A stretch of DNA of 64,000 bases from an uncultured Gemmatimonadales bacterium (lineage in GTDB: Bacteria > Gemmatimonadota > Gemmatimonadetes > Longimicrobiales > RSA9): positions 1-64,000 of the forward strand of contig CAWCUS010000004.1 of assembly GCA_963798845.1 (NCBI GenBank), in the 5' to 3' direction. Below, piece by piece: positions 63,822 through 64,000 of the stretch. The position numbers were made by a program, and so were the translations under genes. A model generated the notes under the pieces. It was not told where the DNA came from, ran no database searches, and worked only from the letters and a program-made list of their open reading frames with translations. The number at the start of each line of letters is the position of its first letter. The first letter of the stretch is position 1.

Positions 63822-64000
63822 TCAGGGCGCCATGAAGCGGAGCGCGCGGCGCTCCAGGCCGTAGTCGAACCGACGACCCCGCAGCGGCTCCCCGTCCGCG
63901 TTCACCGAGAGCGCCTCATCGCTCTCCACGCGTAGCTCGGTCGCCCTCAGGTAGATCACGTCCGGGCTGTCCACGTGCGTCCCGGCGCGGAGGTCCGGCA
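63822..64000 (-). CDS. C-terminus of a diacylglycerol kinase/YegS-like lipid kinase (partial)
   Basis: Manual translation: ...VIYLRATELRVESDEALSVNADGEPLRGRRFDYGLERRALRFMAP*; NADGE is typical of this family. Confidence 0.7.
   Translation of the reverse strand, partial: PDLRAGTHVDSPDVIYLRATELRVESDEALSVNADGEPLRGRRFDYGLERRALRFMAP

Overview
High-GC bacterial chromosome segment. Gene content and several lineage-typical small proteins suggest Gemmatimonadota, which is an inference. Most of the window is housekeeping: thiolase-bioY-hbd-acyl-CoA DH-Leu DH-glyA; nnr-thiL-plsC-eno-ftsB; tilS-hpt-ftsH-folP-cdaA; exbB-exbD-exbD-tonB; yggS-divIVA-ileS-traR/dksA-lspA-rluD; aceB-aceA; msrPQ; tRNA-Met and tRNA-Val. 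The most notable parts are: (1) an ECF sigma / zinc-finger anti-sigma / lipoprotein TPR-CHAT (caspase-like) protease module with a divergent LuxR-type regulator, where an identical bipartite motif CGCAAAT-N14-CCGTGCAAT precedes both the anti-sigma-CHAT unit and the LuxR gene. This module carries several single-base frameshifts and a lost catalytic Cys, which reflect either consensus errors or decay. (2) A palindromic sigma54-type promoter between a zincin/ATP-grasp gene pair and a GGA-rich, structured non-coding stretch that is a candidate sRNA or attenuator. (3) A sigma54-type promoter upstream of aceB-aceA-Zn-finger microprotein-ku-ku, with no ligD in the window. (4) Two back-to-back TGAAAC-N17-CGTA ECF promoters, each driving a small membrane protein. 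(5) A TPR-roadblock/CheW-like/gluzincin cluster. (6) An IleRS2 with the swapped GIHH signature. No CRISPR array, rRNA, integrase or transposase was seen. All calls come from reading the sequence and motifs by eye; no searches were run.
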